DNA of 64,000 nt from Paragordius varius (lineage: Eukaryota > Animalia > Nematomorpha): positions 7,688,001-7,752,000 of the forward strand of contig OZ176054.1 of assembly GCA_964247055.1 (NCBI GenBank), written 5' to 3'. Under the pieces are notes generated by a model. It was not told the DNA's origin. It worked only from the letters and a program-made list of their open reading frames with translations, and made no database searches. Of this stretch, positions 52,786-64,000 are shown piece by piece; the stretch's first letter is position 1; every line of letters begins with the position of its first letter. The translations under genes were made by a program, and so were the position numbers.

Positions 52786-53350
52786 TTAACACTTAAATAC
52801 AAAATTCATTTCATTTTGATTCAAAGAGGGGTAGTTGGATACTACAGACCACTTTAAAGTAAAATAGTTCAAAAATGGAAGGAAGATGGCAAAAGTTTAC
52901 ACTTTTATAATATTAATATACCGAAATATATAATAATTCATTCACAAATACTTGATATTAATTATTTTAAAATAAAACTCAAAGGTAAAAATTTAGTCAA
53001 AATGACATGTGTGCATTAGCTAAATAATAATACAAAATAAACCACTTTTTCTGTTTCTATCAATCCTAGATGTGAATAGTTTAAATTTGCTTTAATTTTT
53101 GCTTTGAAATTAAATAAACACGAGATTTTTCAAAAATATTGTAAAATAAAAATGCCCTTAGTTTGATATGTAACCTTTGAAACTTAATTTCAATTTGGTG
53201 TATCGGCTATATATGATTTTTATTAGACTAGAGAGGATTTATAATTGCGGCAGTTTCTTTTAGTAGTGTTTTAAAATAGCAACTTAAATATAGTCTGGGG
53301 TATTTAAATAACCCAATTTAAATCGAAGTGTTATGTCACAATTTTTGTCT
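52786..53350. mobile_element. piggyBac-like family C element
   Basis: Left end ttaacactt...ggggtagttggatac. Right end tctggggtatttaaataacccaatttaaatcgaagtgtta matches the 17508-17575 terminus. Confidence 0.45.
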
Positions 53351-53551
53351 CTAGATGTTGGAAAACAGTTAAAAATAAGAGGTTTTTTATACAGGAAAAC
53401 AACATTTAATAATTAAATTTTATCGAAAATAATTTTTAAAACAGTCGTAGATCTGCCACATTCTGCGGGATATCCCAATATGTCCTTGCGGACAAAAAGG
53501 TGAAAAGGTCGCGAATTATAATTAAACGCATATCAAATTTTATATTTTTAA

Positions 53552-54626
53552 CTAGCGTAAATCTCGTGCTGCTACGCAGCCCGAGGAAGTCCTTCGGACT
53601 TCTGGGGGGAGGGGGCTATTTGAAATAAGGGACAATAAATGATCCACATATTTGGATTATTTCGAAACATTATTTAATAGATATGATTGTATAGGAATTT
53701 TAAAACGGTGCATTCATACTTATATATTGTTTAATTGGGGGAAAAATAGATTTAAAAAAATTATTTTTGTGGACTTTGTTTTTTTTTGAAAAAATGGCAT
53801 TTTACGGGGGTAGCGGGTAAAAAGAGGGCCTAAATCAAAAAAGTGAGACGACTATGTTCGGCGCAATCAAAAATAAGTAAACAAAAATAATATTTGAAAT
53901 TGAATGGTCCAACACGTTCTCCGGAAAATTGTCTCAACCCGTTTTTCACACGGGGTGGGCCCGAACTGGGGGCCTATTTTAAAAAAAAGGCGAAGCTATT
54001 GTCGGGGCATTCATTAATGATTATTTTTTTTCGATATTTGGATTTGATTAGATTCACCGGTTTTCCGGAAACAGATCACAAAGTTACATGAATCAGCTTT
54101 TAGCGGGTAGCTCCTTACCCAGCAGCTATCATCAAAGAAACGCTTGACTAAAATTTTTGACTTTTATTAGGGAATACGTGGAATCCATATTGAATTTTTA
54201 CAGTCTCATACCTTGGGCAAAAAAATACAATCAAAAAATTATTTTTGTGGACTTTGTTTTTTTTGAAAGAAATGGCATTTTACGGGGGTAGCGGGTAAAA
54301 AGAGGGCCTAAATCAAAAAAGTGAGACGACTATGTTCGGCGCAATCGAAAATAAGTAAACAAAAATCATATTTGAAATTGAATGGTCCAACACGTTCTCT
54401 GGAAAATTTTCTCAAAGACACGATTTTTGTGGACTTCTGTTTTCAAAAAAACCCGTTTTTCACACGGGGTGGGCCCGAACTGGGGGCCTATTATAAAAAA
54501 AGAGCGAAGCTATTGTGGGGACATTTATTAATGTATATTTTTTTGATATTTGTATTTGATTGGGTCTACCGGTTTTCCGGTACCAGATCACTAAGCCAGC
54601 ATTTTCCATTTTTATAAATATATAGA
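53552..54626 (-). mobile_element. Helitron family B copy with internal duplication, directly upstream of the cyclase gene
   Basis: Same CTAG|T hairpin end (53552) and A|TCtatatattt 5' end (54626). The segment at ~53746-54085 recurs at ~54235-54626, around a ~145-bp piece of the 310-bp module. Confidence 0.85.
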
Positions 54627-54673
54627 TTAGTAAAAACCTATACATCATATGGTTATTTTTTTTGGTTTAATTC

Positions 54674-57600
54674 ATGCTTCAAATATTGCTCATTCCAGTA
54701 ATTTTAGCTATTGTTGCTTATATTTTGTTTTTTAATCGAAGGCGCTCTCATAAAAATATATCGCTTTTCAACAAAGGTGATTGTACGAATCAAACTTTTA
54801 ATTTATTTGATTTTACCAACTGGGCCACTTATTATGATGAAAAACAGGTTGTATTCGACACCAAAAATAATGTATTAGAAAGTATTGCAAGCTTAAAGGA
54901 TTACGCCAAAGATGATTGTGATTATATGCTTAAAGCAATAAATCATATATGTAATTTACAGTACCCAGAAACAGGACATTGGGATGGTGATTATAGTGGA
55001 CCACATTTTTTAATTCCTTGCGTTTTGTTTACATCATATTTTATTCATATTCAGTCAAACGGACGCCAAAAAACGGTTTTTCACTCGGAGAATTCCAAAG
55101 CTAAAAAGGCTATTATACATTATATTTTAAATAGCCGTGTAACCAATGATGAGAATGCATCTGGCTTATGGGGTTTACACGATAAGCGTGTTCAAGATAA
55201 ACCTTTTCCCTATGTTTTAACTTCCATTTTATATTACGTCTGTCTTAGACTCCTTGATCTACCAAGTACAGATCCTATATTACAAAATGTTCGCAAATCT
55301 TTGAAAGATCAGGATTTTTTCTTACAATTTATACCCGGCAATCCGGAAGATTACCAAGAATGTTTAACAAATCAACCACTTATTACCTTTATTCCATCTT
55401 GGGGCAAGTTTCTTTTAGCAGTGTTGGGATTGTATGAATACAATGGTATTAATAGTTTGTTTCCCGAAATCTGGTTGGTACCTCGATTGATGTTTTGTCA
55501 CCCTTGGAGAATGTGGTGTCATGTCAGACAATTATATCTCCCTATGACATATTGTTATGGTCGCAAGTTGCGCTTAACTGAAGCTGTTCCTCAACTCATA
55601 ATTGAACTTAGAAACGTATGTTATATATAAACGTGATCAATGATTTTGATAAAAAATATTAAGGATTAATAATTGTTTTTAAACGTAAGATGGCGATTTA
55701 GTATTTACAATATTAGATTGTTATAAATGTTATTGAATTTCATAGAATATAATAATTTAAACGCAAAATGTCTAATACCGGCTCTAAAAATTTAAAAATA
55801 TTTAAATATAATGCCACAACATATACAGTGCAGATATTATTTTGGAAACCTACTGATAAAATATCGATTTATCTTGCAATAACTTAAAAGTTTAACCCCT
55901 TTGAATATTAGGAACTTTATGGAGAAAACGCATATGAAACTATCGATTGGGCTGATTGTCGAAATCGGATAGCTTTAACCGATTCATATACACCTCATTC
56001 ACAATTGCTAAACGTTTGTTATTGGTTTCTAAATGCATATGAAAAAGTTCACATACCATGGTTTAGGCGCCTGGCTTTGGATAAAATATATCGTCACGTC
56101 TGTGCAGATGATGAGTTTACGCAATATACCAGTATAGCACCAGTAAGAAAATTTTATCGTTTTTTAGAGGAAATATCATCATATATATTAATTTTGATGA
56201 ATGGTTAGATTATTTCTTGAAAGATTTAGAATAATATTCTTATAAACTAAAGGTTGGGTTCGCCCTTTTTTATGAAATATAATAGGGAATTTACAAATCT
56301 ATACAAATAATAAATTTATTGTTAACTTTGCAGTTAATATAGTATTAATAAAATGAAATATATGTACCAAATATATTACAAAATGATATATTTATTGTAA
56401 GTACCTTTTTTTTGCACACATTAATAGATATCCAAAAGTTTCAATATGCTAGTACGTTCCGATCGTGATGGGATAGATTCTTTGGCAGTTGAAAAGCACT
56501 TGGATGCCTTCAAATATTTTTGGTGGGTCGGTCCCGACGGTCAGAGTTGTCGAGGTACCAATGGGAGTCAATTTTGGGATACGGCTTTTTATGTGCAAGC
56601 GCTACTTGAATCTTTTGGTTTTTCTTTCTCTATGAGATTTAAGTCATAAATTGATTAGAAACGAAAAATTATTTTGAATTGTTATTCTTTAAACAAACTT
56701 AGCATAAATGATGACGCTATGAGCGAAAAAATATATATATATATATATACTGACGCTAATTAAAGGTGATAATAACTTAGCTTCTTATTAAAAGGTTTAT
56801 TTGATTATGATATTGAAAAAATAAGGCATGTATTTGATCTAAATTTCAAATGACACCATATTTTTTAAGATAAACCTTTAAAAATATAAAATTAAGTTTC
56901 GTTTACAAACCTATATATGTGTTCTAGTTTGAGTTATAAAATAAAAACACTACCAGATTGTATATCTTTAAAAGGCGCAAACTAAAGCCAGACTTGTTTT
57001 AAAATTATTTCCGATGAAATACTTATATCATATATTAACTTTTTTTTCATAGAATTTCAATATATTTTTAGATGGTTTATCCGTAACATGCCTGACTCCC
57101 GTTGAAAAAGAAGTTTATACCCGGGCTGGTGATGCAATTAGCAAAGCGGTTTTTACCTATTTTATCGATCAACAAGCAATTGTTGAACTCAAAAATCATG
57201 ACTCTTTTTACCGACATCCAGTTAAAGTATTTCTATATTTTTCTTTGCATAAATGTATTTTTATTTTATATTTTTAATTATAAATGTAGTTGGGATTTAC
57301 TATAATATTTTTTTTTACTTTTTTGAAGGCGCGTTGTGGCAGAATATTCCCGGCGTGAAATATATTTTATTGTTATAAAAGGTGTTTAAATTGTTCATTC
57401 CAGTTAATATCATAACCTTACTGTATAATTTTATTAAATTTACGTTTGAGATTTGACGGATTGAGCTTAAGACCTATTTTAATATGTGTACTATTTTCTA
57501 AATAACATTTATAAATTAATATTAAAAAAAATATGAAATTTAAATTTACCACTTTGCAATAAACAATAATAGGAATAAAGATAATCAAACCAACTTAAAA

Positions 57601-60600
57601 GGACACAATATTAGGTTTACAAAATTAAATAACTAAAACTTACACCATGTTTAAAATAAAGATGGTAAGGAGAGTTAATGCAATATCAAATTATAAATGT
57701 TCAGCTACGAATTAATAGTGAATATAACTTTTACTGTAATTTTATATTTGTAGAAAAAACAAAATTATATTTTTATAGGGTGGTTTTCCTTTTAGCACCA
57801 AATTGTGTGGATGGATTTTATCCGATTGCACAGCCGAAGCCTTGTCTGTTCTTTGTACAATATATAGCATATTGTATCCTCCCAAACAAAATTCTTATGA
57901 CGGTTATATAACTTTATTTAAACGAGCTTTTTGTTACACATAATTTTTTAAATTCGAAATATTATACCTTGAAATTTGGTACTATTTGTACAGACGTTAC
58001 ACCCTCTATTTTTACTTTAACCGCATTATTCCATTAAAACCGAATTCTCGATATATAATTGCCACTTAATTTACAGTGTTTACCGGTGTACATTATCTGT
58101 GACTGATAAGTTTAAAAAATGACGAAATCTTTTTTATATTATGACACCTAGTTACTCTAGCTCCTTTGGAATTTGATTTTGGGCCAGTTTTACGACTTGG
58201 ATTTTAATTAAATTTTTAATTGTTGGTCGAATCATATTATCTCTCGAATTTTGTTTTGACTTTATTATATAGTTCATTAAACATCTGGTTCCAGATAAAA
58301 AAATTTATGCCTTTTAGAATCTTCAAAGTTTTTATTACATGATATCCTATTAAACAATTTGGATGATCACAATAATCAAATAAACGAAAGTGGAGATTAT
58401 TCACAACAAATAATATCTCGTATACATCTTTCGGACGCAATATTTCAAAAAAGAATATTCCTTGCAGTCGATTGTTTGCTCAATTATCAAAACAAGAACG
58501 GGGGTGTTGCTTCTTATGAAAAGATCAGAGGATCTGCCCTATTGGAAATGTTAGATCCTGCTGAGGTTATCTACACAAAGATATATATTTGTTAAAATCG
58601 TTTTAACATTTACAGATGTAATATTCTTATTTTTAACAACTGGTTAAAAACATTTAGTTTCCACAAAAATTGTATTTTAACTGATGAAAACAGTTATATT
58701 CCATAAATATAAAATTAAAGGGATTAATCATTAACTATTTATTACCTGTATATCTCTTAGAAATCAACATTTATTTATTTTCATTTGAAAAATTCTTAAT
58801 ATCATTATAGATGTTTGCAAATATAATGGTTGAACATGCATACGTTGAATGTACATCGGCTTGTTATAAGGGTCTACAAAAGTTTCATCAAATATTCCCT
58901 AATTATCGATCAAAGGATATCGAACTATTTTTGGATAAAAGTTTAGATTTTATAGTTTCTAATCAACGAGAGGACGGATCTTGGGAAGGGTACACAAATA
59001 TTTTGTATTATGAAATAAACTTTAAATGTGGTCAAAGGTTATTAAAATAATTATTTTGTTTATAACATCTAATTTGTCTTAAAATTCAAAAACAAAAAAC
59101 CTATAAGACTAAAGGTAAAACTAAATACTTTTATATTTGTATATTCATTTTTTTAATTACTAATTTTACTTTATATGTACCATTTACAATTTAAATTCAC
59201 CCTAAAATAAATTATGTGTTTTTTAAGCTTAAATAATACCTATACTTTTTTATATTTTTAAAAATTGAAATTTCGTTTGTAATTAAAATAATACTGAAAA
59301 AATAATTAAACAAGTCATAAAGATAAATTTCATATTAATAATGAGTTATATCAGCCCAAAAACGCTAATTTATTTTTAGGGTAAATTTGAATTGTAAATG
59401 GTATTTTATCAACTATAGGTCATGGGGTGTTTGTTTTACTTATGCAGGATGGTTCGCATTAGAAGCACTTTCCTCATATTCTCCATTTATTATTGACAAA
59501 AATGGTTCATGTAAGAAATGTAACACCGATTTACAAGCAAACGATGTAAAAAATATTGATTTTACACATTACAATTTCTATCGGAAACGAATAAAGTAAA
59601 ATAAATTATAATTTTTTGAACATTAAATTACTTATATACATATATATATATATATATATATAATATTATAGGGGTGGTGTTTTAATCTTTGTAAATTATT
59701 TTTTACATAAAAAAATCCTCGACCGAATTATAAATTAGTTAATAAAGTTTATATTTTATATATTAGCCAAATTTCTGATTATCTATCTATTTTATTATTC
59801 TTAAATTAATATTTTTTTCATGAATTTAAAAGTTCTTTTTTTGAAAAATGAATTCAACCCACTAATATGTTACCTAATTTTGATAAATCATTCCATATTT
59901 TACAGGCGAGAGGTATCAGTTATCAAGGGCTGTAAATATTTAGTCAATATACAACGAGAGGATGGTGGTTGGGGCGAAGATTTTACCTCATGTCCTTTAC
60001 ACCAATATATTCCTAGTCAACGAGCTAATATTGTTCAAACATCTTGGGCCCTACTTGGTCTTATGGCAGTACGGTAACTATAAAATAAATTATCTTTTAT
60101 TATAAATTAATTAGCCCTTTTATTCATTAAAAAGTATGAAAGAATAAATTTCTCATGAATTGGATGACATTAATCACAGGAATAATGCTGCATTTATTTA
60201 AATTGGGGTAGATTATTTACGTTAACTTTTAACATGTATTTTTATTTATTTTATCAATTAAGCGATAATCGGAATTTGTTTTAATCATAAATATTTAATT
60301 GCTACTAATGAACTACTATGTCTACCGTAAATATAATAGTTTAAAATGGCCTGTTTGCATGTGTAAAAATTATTTAAAAAATGTATTAATATTTGGATTG
60401 GCTAACAACTTGTAATTTTGTGCTAACACATTTTATAAAAGGAGTATATAATTTTAATTTTAAATGTTTTTTTTAAAGTTTTTATCGAAAATATAAGTTA
60501 TATATTGCATTTTAAAATATTTTAACGAACATAAATTAACTATCGTAACACATCCATTTGCTATTCTAAATGTATCATCGCATTAAAAAGAATAAAATTA

Positions 60601-60848
60601 GTTTTCACAAAAACATTAATTGTTCATTGCAATATTTTATACATGATTTAATTATTAGATATGCTAGAAAAGATGTGATTGATAAAGGTATTAAAATTCT
60701 AAAAGAATCTCAATTACCGAATGGCGATTGGCCAGCTGAGCCCAATACCGGAGTATTCAATAAAACAACTGCGATCATATATTCCAATTACAATAAAATA
60801 TTTCCGTTATGGGCCCTTTCCCGTTATAAGTCAATTTATGGTTCATGA
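54674..60848 (+). CDS. LSS: 2,3-oxidosqualene cyclase, lanosterol-synthase type
   Basis: Exons 54674-55615, 55912-56142, 56428-56617, 57072-57226, 57779-57902, 58318-58565, 58811-58989, 59419-59595 (donor uncertain), 59906-60073, 60659-60848. Motifs: GHWDGDYSGP, IPSWGKF, MWCHVRQLYLPM, GTNGSQFWDT, GGFPFST, SDCTAE (Asp at 57824-57826), YVECTS, QW repeats (QREDGSW, QREDGGWGE, QLPNGDW), GVFNK and IFPLWAL. Confidence 0.95.
59178..59403. mobile_element. MITE family D, copy 3 (cyclase intron)
   Basis: taccatttacaattttaaattcaccctaaaataaatta ... taatttatttttagggtaaatttgaattgtaaatggta. Confidence 0.8.
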
Positions 60849-62264
60849 GAAGGCAATGTTATATATATATCACGCATTTATTTTTTGCATTTTTATATAC
60901 TGCACATTGATATCTGTAAAAATATTTATTCATTTATTCATTCAATAAATTATTATAGTTATATTATTCTTTTTTGATATTGTTGCAACTAGCCTAACTA
61001 TACATTTCAATTGGGTTTTATAAAGTTTTTTTCATAAATGCGTCCAAAACTCGAATTGTTTTTATATGTAATATTATTTGAATTTTTCAAAACTGGAACA
61101 AAATTTAAATTAATACTGTGTTTTTATATCTAAACTTTAAGGGTAAAATTTACCATTGCCCTAGTTTTTTGCGATGCGATATATTAAATAATATTGTTTA
61201 ATTAATCAATATATTTTTTAAAATAAATAAATATTATCTATATTTAAAACTTTGAATGTCTAATTATAAATCGCTTCGGACAAAAACTTGTGCACACAAA
61301 TATTATATACTAAAAAATTGTAAACGTTTAATCAATAATCCTATTTATATAAGGATTCCTTTTTTTCCATTCAATATAATAAATGGGTTATATAATGGGA
61401 TTATTGGGGTTGTGTGTCAATCAATGGTCATCGATATGTCTTTTGTGAGTCATCGAAAGATAAATAAAATATATAATAGTCAATTTTTTTAGTATTTTAT
61501 AAATCATTTCAATTATGTATCTTCGAATATTGCTGTTCCTTACAATAGGTATTTTTTTGACAATTATTTTTAGAAATAAGTTTTTTGCTTAAATGTTCGA
61601 TTTAATTTTTTATTGATAGATATTATATTAAACTAGATGGCTTTATTACTATATTTCAGTATTAGAGTTTGTCTAAATACAAATCGTTTTATAAAATAAT
61701 ATAAATCATTTTATAGATGATATTTTACACCCTTTTTATATTTTTACTAGTTTAGTTGTCTCTAAATGTGGGGTTTAATAATATTCGTATTAACGTCGTG
61801 AATAATGTATGTTAATTCGAATCTTATTTAACTACCCTTCGTCGTCACCCACACAATTTAATATAATATTAATCTGTTAGAAACATAAATTACAAAATTT
61901 TAATAAATTAAATGCTAAATAAAATAAAGTTTATTTTTTAAAATTAAGCTTTAGTAGCTAGAAAGTTTTATCAATTATTTGAAATAAAGTTATATTTGAA
62001 GTATATATGATAGAAAATGTAGCCGGAACAACTACTAAATTTTTCAAAACAGTGTAAATACTATAATAATATTGTTTCGGTTCCAAATCCTTTATTCTGT
62101 AAAACACCTTAAGTTTCAAAAATTTAAGCTTTGCATGGCTAATTAGAAATTTATTAAATGAGAAAAATGTTATAAATCGGTGCATTTATTTTGTGATTTA
62201 TTTATATAATTATTTAAAGCCATCGATTATAACATAACTGTTTATATTTGCTGGAATGAATGTT

Positions 62265-62505
62265 CAGAGGCGTAGCTTGCATTTCTGGCGCCTTGGCGCA
62301 TGAAACTGTGATGGCGCCCCCTCCATGCGACCCCTTGCATTTTAAAAAATAATCAAAATCGAACCTGGGTGATTTATGTATTATTTGAAATAATAACTTT
62401 TAAATATCCATTTTTTGAAATAAATTTAACAAATTTTAATATCCGGCGTCCCTTTTAACTATGGCGGTGCATCAGCCTCCCTTACCCCCTCTAGCTACGC
62501 TTCTG
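62265..62505. mobile_element. hAT-type MITE (second family)
   Basis: TIRs cagaggcgtagc / gctacgcttctg; 8-bp TSD TGAATGTT / GGAATGTT (7 of 8 match). Confidence 0.85.
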
Positions 62506-63352
62506 GGAATGTTATTTTCGTATTTTGAACATGAGCCCATCAATATAAGTAGCTAATTGAATTATACCAATATAGAGTAAATAATTAAAATATATTTAAA
62601 TTTTTTAAATATTTTATTTTTTTAATTATATCAATTATATGATTTGTCAATAAACGGGTCGTGTTTTTTAGACGGTTTCAGTTTTATATTTCGAAACCGT
62701 TTCCAAAATTGTTTTCAAAATAACAGAATTCTTGTCGGTTTTCATCGAAATTGATAAGTTATTTAAAAAATAAGTATAAAATTAAAGGCCATATAGTTAT
62801 ATATGAGGCAAATTTTTGTGAAAGTTTGAAAAGATCTTTTGGTATATTTATAGTAATTATTATGATTAAAAACTGTATGACCATATATCGTTTCATGAAA
62901 AATTATAACCCCGAAATGATTTGTAAAATTTCATATAAAACAAAGTTTTAATTACTTTTAAATAAAGCTGAAATATGGAATTAATAATATTTAAAAAACA
63001 AAGTAAATATAAAAAAATTAAAACATATCTCATAGCCATTGTTTTCAAATGGAAACTCGCTTAAAGGGTAAATTGTATGTAATGCACCGTTGTTTAAATT
63101 TATATGGTTGCAAAACCAGCTTTTAAAGCAAAAATTGATAAAAAAGCAATTTTGTTTTTTAAATTTATTTTAAGTTTCCTACAATTAATTTACCCTTTTC
63201 TAAATCCCAAAATAAACACACATTCATTTAAGTTTGACTGGTATTTATAAGTGGTCACAATCACGATCTTAAATGTATTGATACCGTTAAGACGCTGTTT
63301 TCAAAATTTTTAGTTTTTAACCATTGTGTATGCTAATATTATTGAATTTTAG

Positions 63353-63483
63353 CGTATAGTACTAATAGTGACCAGGAATGTGGAATAACTACTGTGAATC
63401 ATATAGATATAGCAAATTGCAGCATGGCCAACCAAGAAATTGTTGGAGGCCAATCTACCAAAATAACAGAATGGCCTTGGCAG
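63353..63483 (+). CDS. Exon of a trypsin-like (S1A) serine protease: propeptide and start of the catalytic domain; other exons not identified
   Basis: ttttag acceptor, frame YSTNSDQECGITTVNHIDIANCSMANQE-IVGGQSTKITEWPWQ, then cag|gtagaa donor. CG...IVGG...WPWQ is the S1A signature. Confidence 0.85.
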
Positions 63484-63514
63484 GTAGAATTAGCTAATAA
63501 TTTGGAAAATGTTG

Positions 63515-63819
63515 TACACATACATAAGCGGAATTATAAGGACAAAACGTAAAAATATAAAGATTTTTTCTGCAACAACTCTACTTGAACCTTGATTTTT
63601 TTAATATCAATAATTGTAATTTCAAGTATGAAATAGAGATGTATAATGGTAAAACTATAAATTATAAATTTTACAATTGTAATTAAATAAAAATATTTGG
63701 AAATTATGGTTTAAAATGTATGGTTGTCCTTTAAAAAAATATTTGTCTTTATATTTTTACATTTTGTCCGTATTTCAATTATTATAAAAATATAAAGACA
63801 ACTTTTAAACACCGCTGTA
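63515..63819. mobile_element. Tc1-type MITE family E copy in protease intron
   Basis: aattataaggacaaaacgtaaaaatataaaga ... tttgtctttatatttttacattttgtccgtat matches 5898-6132. Confidence 0.65.
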
Positions 63820-64000
63820 CTTTTTTAAACCTTAATTTTATATAAATTAAATTACAAATTTATATATAATTGATTGTGTTACCAACAACTCTATGTGATA
63901 TTTTGTAATTTTAAACAATGAGTTATTTTTTAAAAAAAACAAGGTTCAAATGATTGGTTTTCGTTTAGAAAAAAATATGTCTCAGTTTTTTGCCTTTTGC

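Noticed and set aside
60949-63000. Short ORFs at 61256, 61958 and 62751
   Set aside because: They are AT-rich chance ORFs with Ile/Lys/Phe bias, no motifs and no convincing splice context.
1-64000. Alternative genetic code or non-canonical introns
   Set aside because: The myosin, BPTF and cyclase models splice in frame with GT-AG and need no stop readthrough.

Overview
This is very AT-rich, intron-rich animal genomic DNA. It reads in the standard code, and every intron I could place is GT-AG. Five protein genes are present. (1) The 3' part of a myosin XV tail (+, 403-15670, start upstream of the window), with a ~700-aa low-complexity linker where MYO15A has its SH3 domain. (2) A complete BPTF/NURF301 (+, 19244-38673, 32 exons). 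(3) An unidentified multi-exon gene (-, about 39348-49168). (4) A complete 2,3-oxidosqualene cyclase of lanosterol-synthase type (+, 54674-60848, 10 exons) with an unusual N-terminal signal-anchor, loop insertions and Leu at the Val453-equivalent site. (5) One exon of an S1A serine protease with a Glu-IVGG activation site (+, 63353-63483). Introns and spacers carry many DNA transposon relics: a Mos1-like mariner interrupted by a hAT MITE, hAT MITEs with 8-bp TSDs, Tc1-like and piggyBac-like MITEs, and a non-autonomous Helitron family. One Helitron pair forms a ~1.1-kb head-to-head palindrome, and another copy ends 47 bp before the cyclase ATG. Exon models and family calls come from manual reading and recalled homolog motifs, not from database searches.
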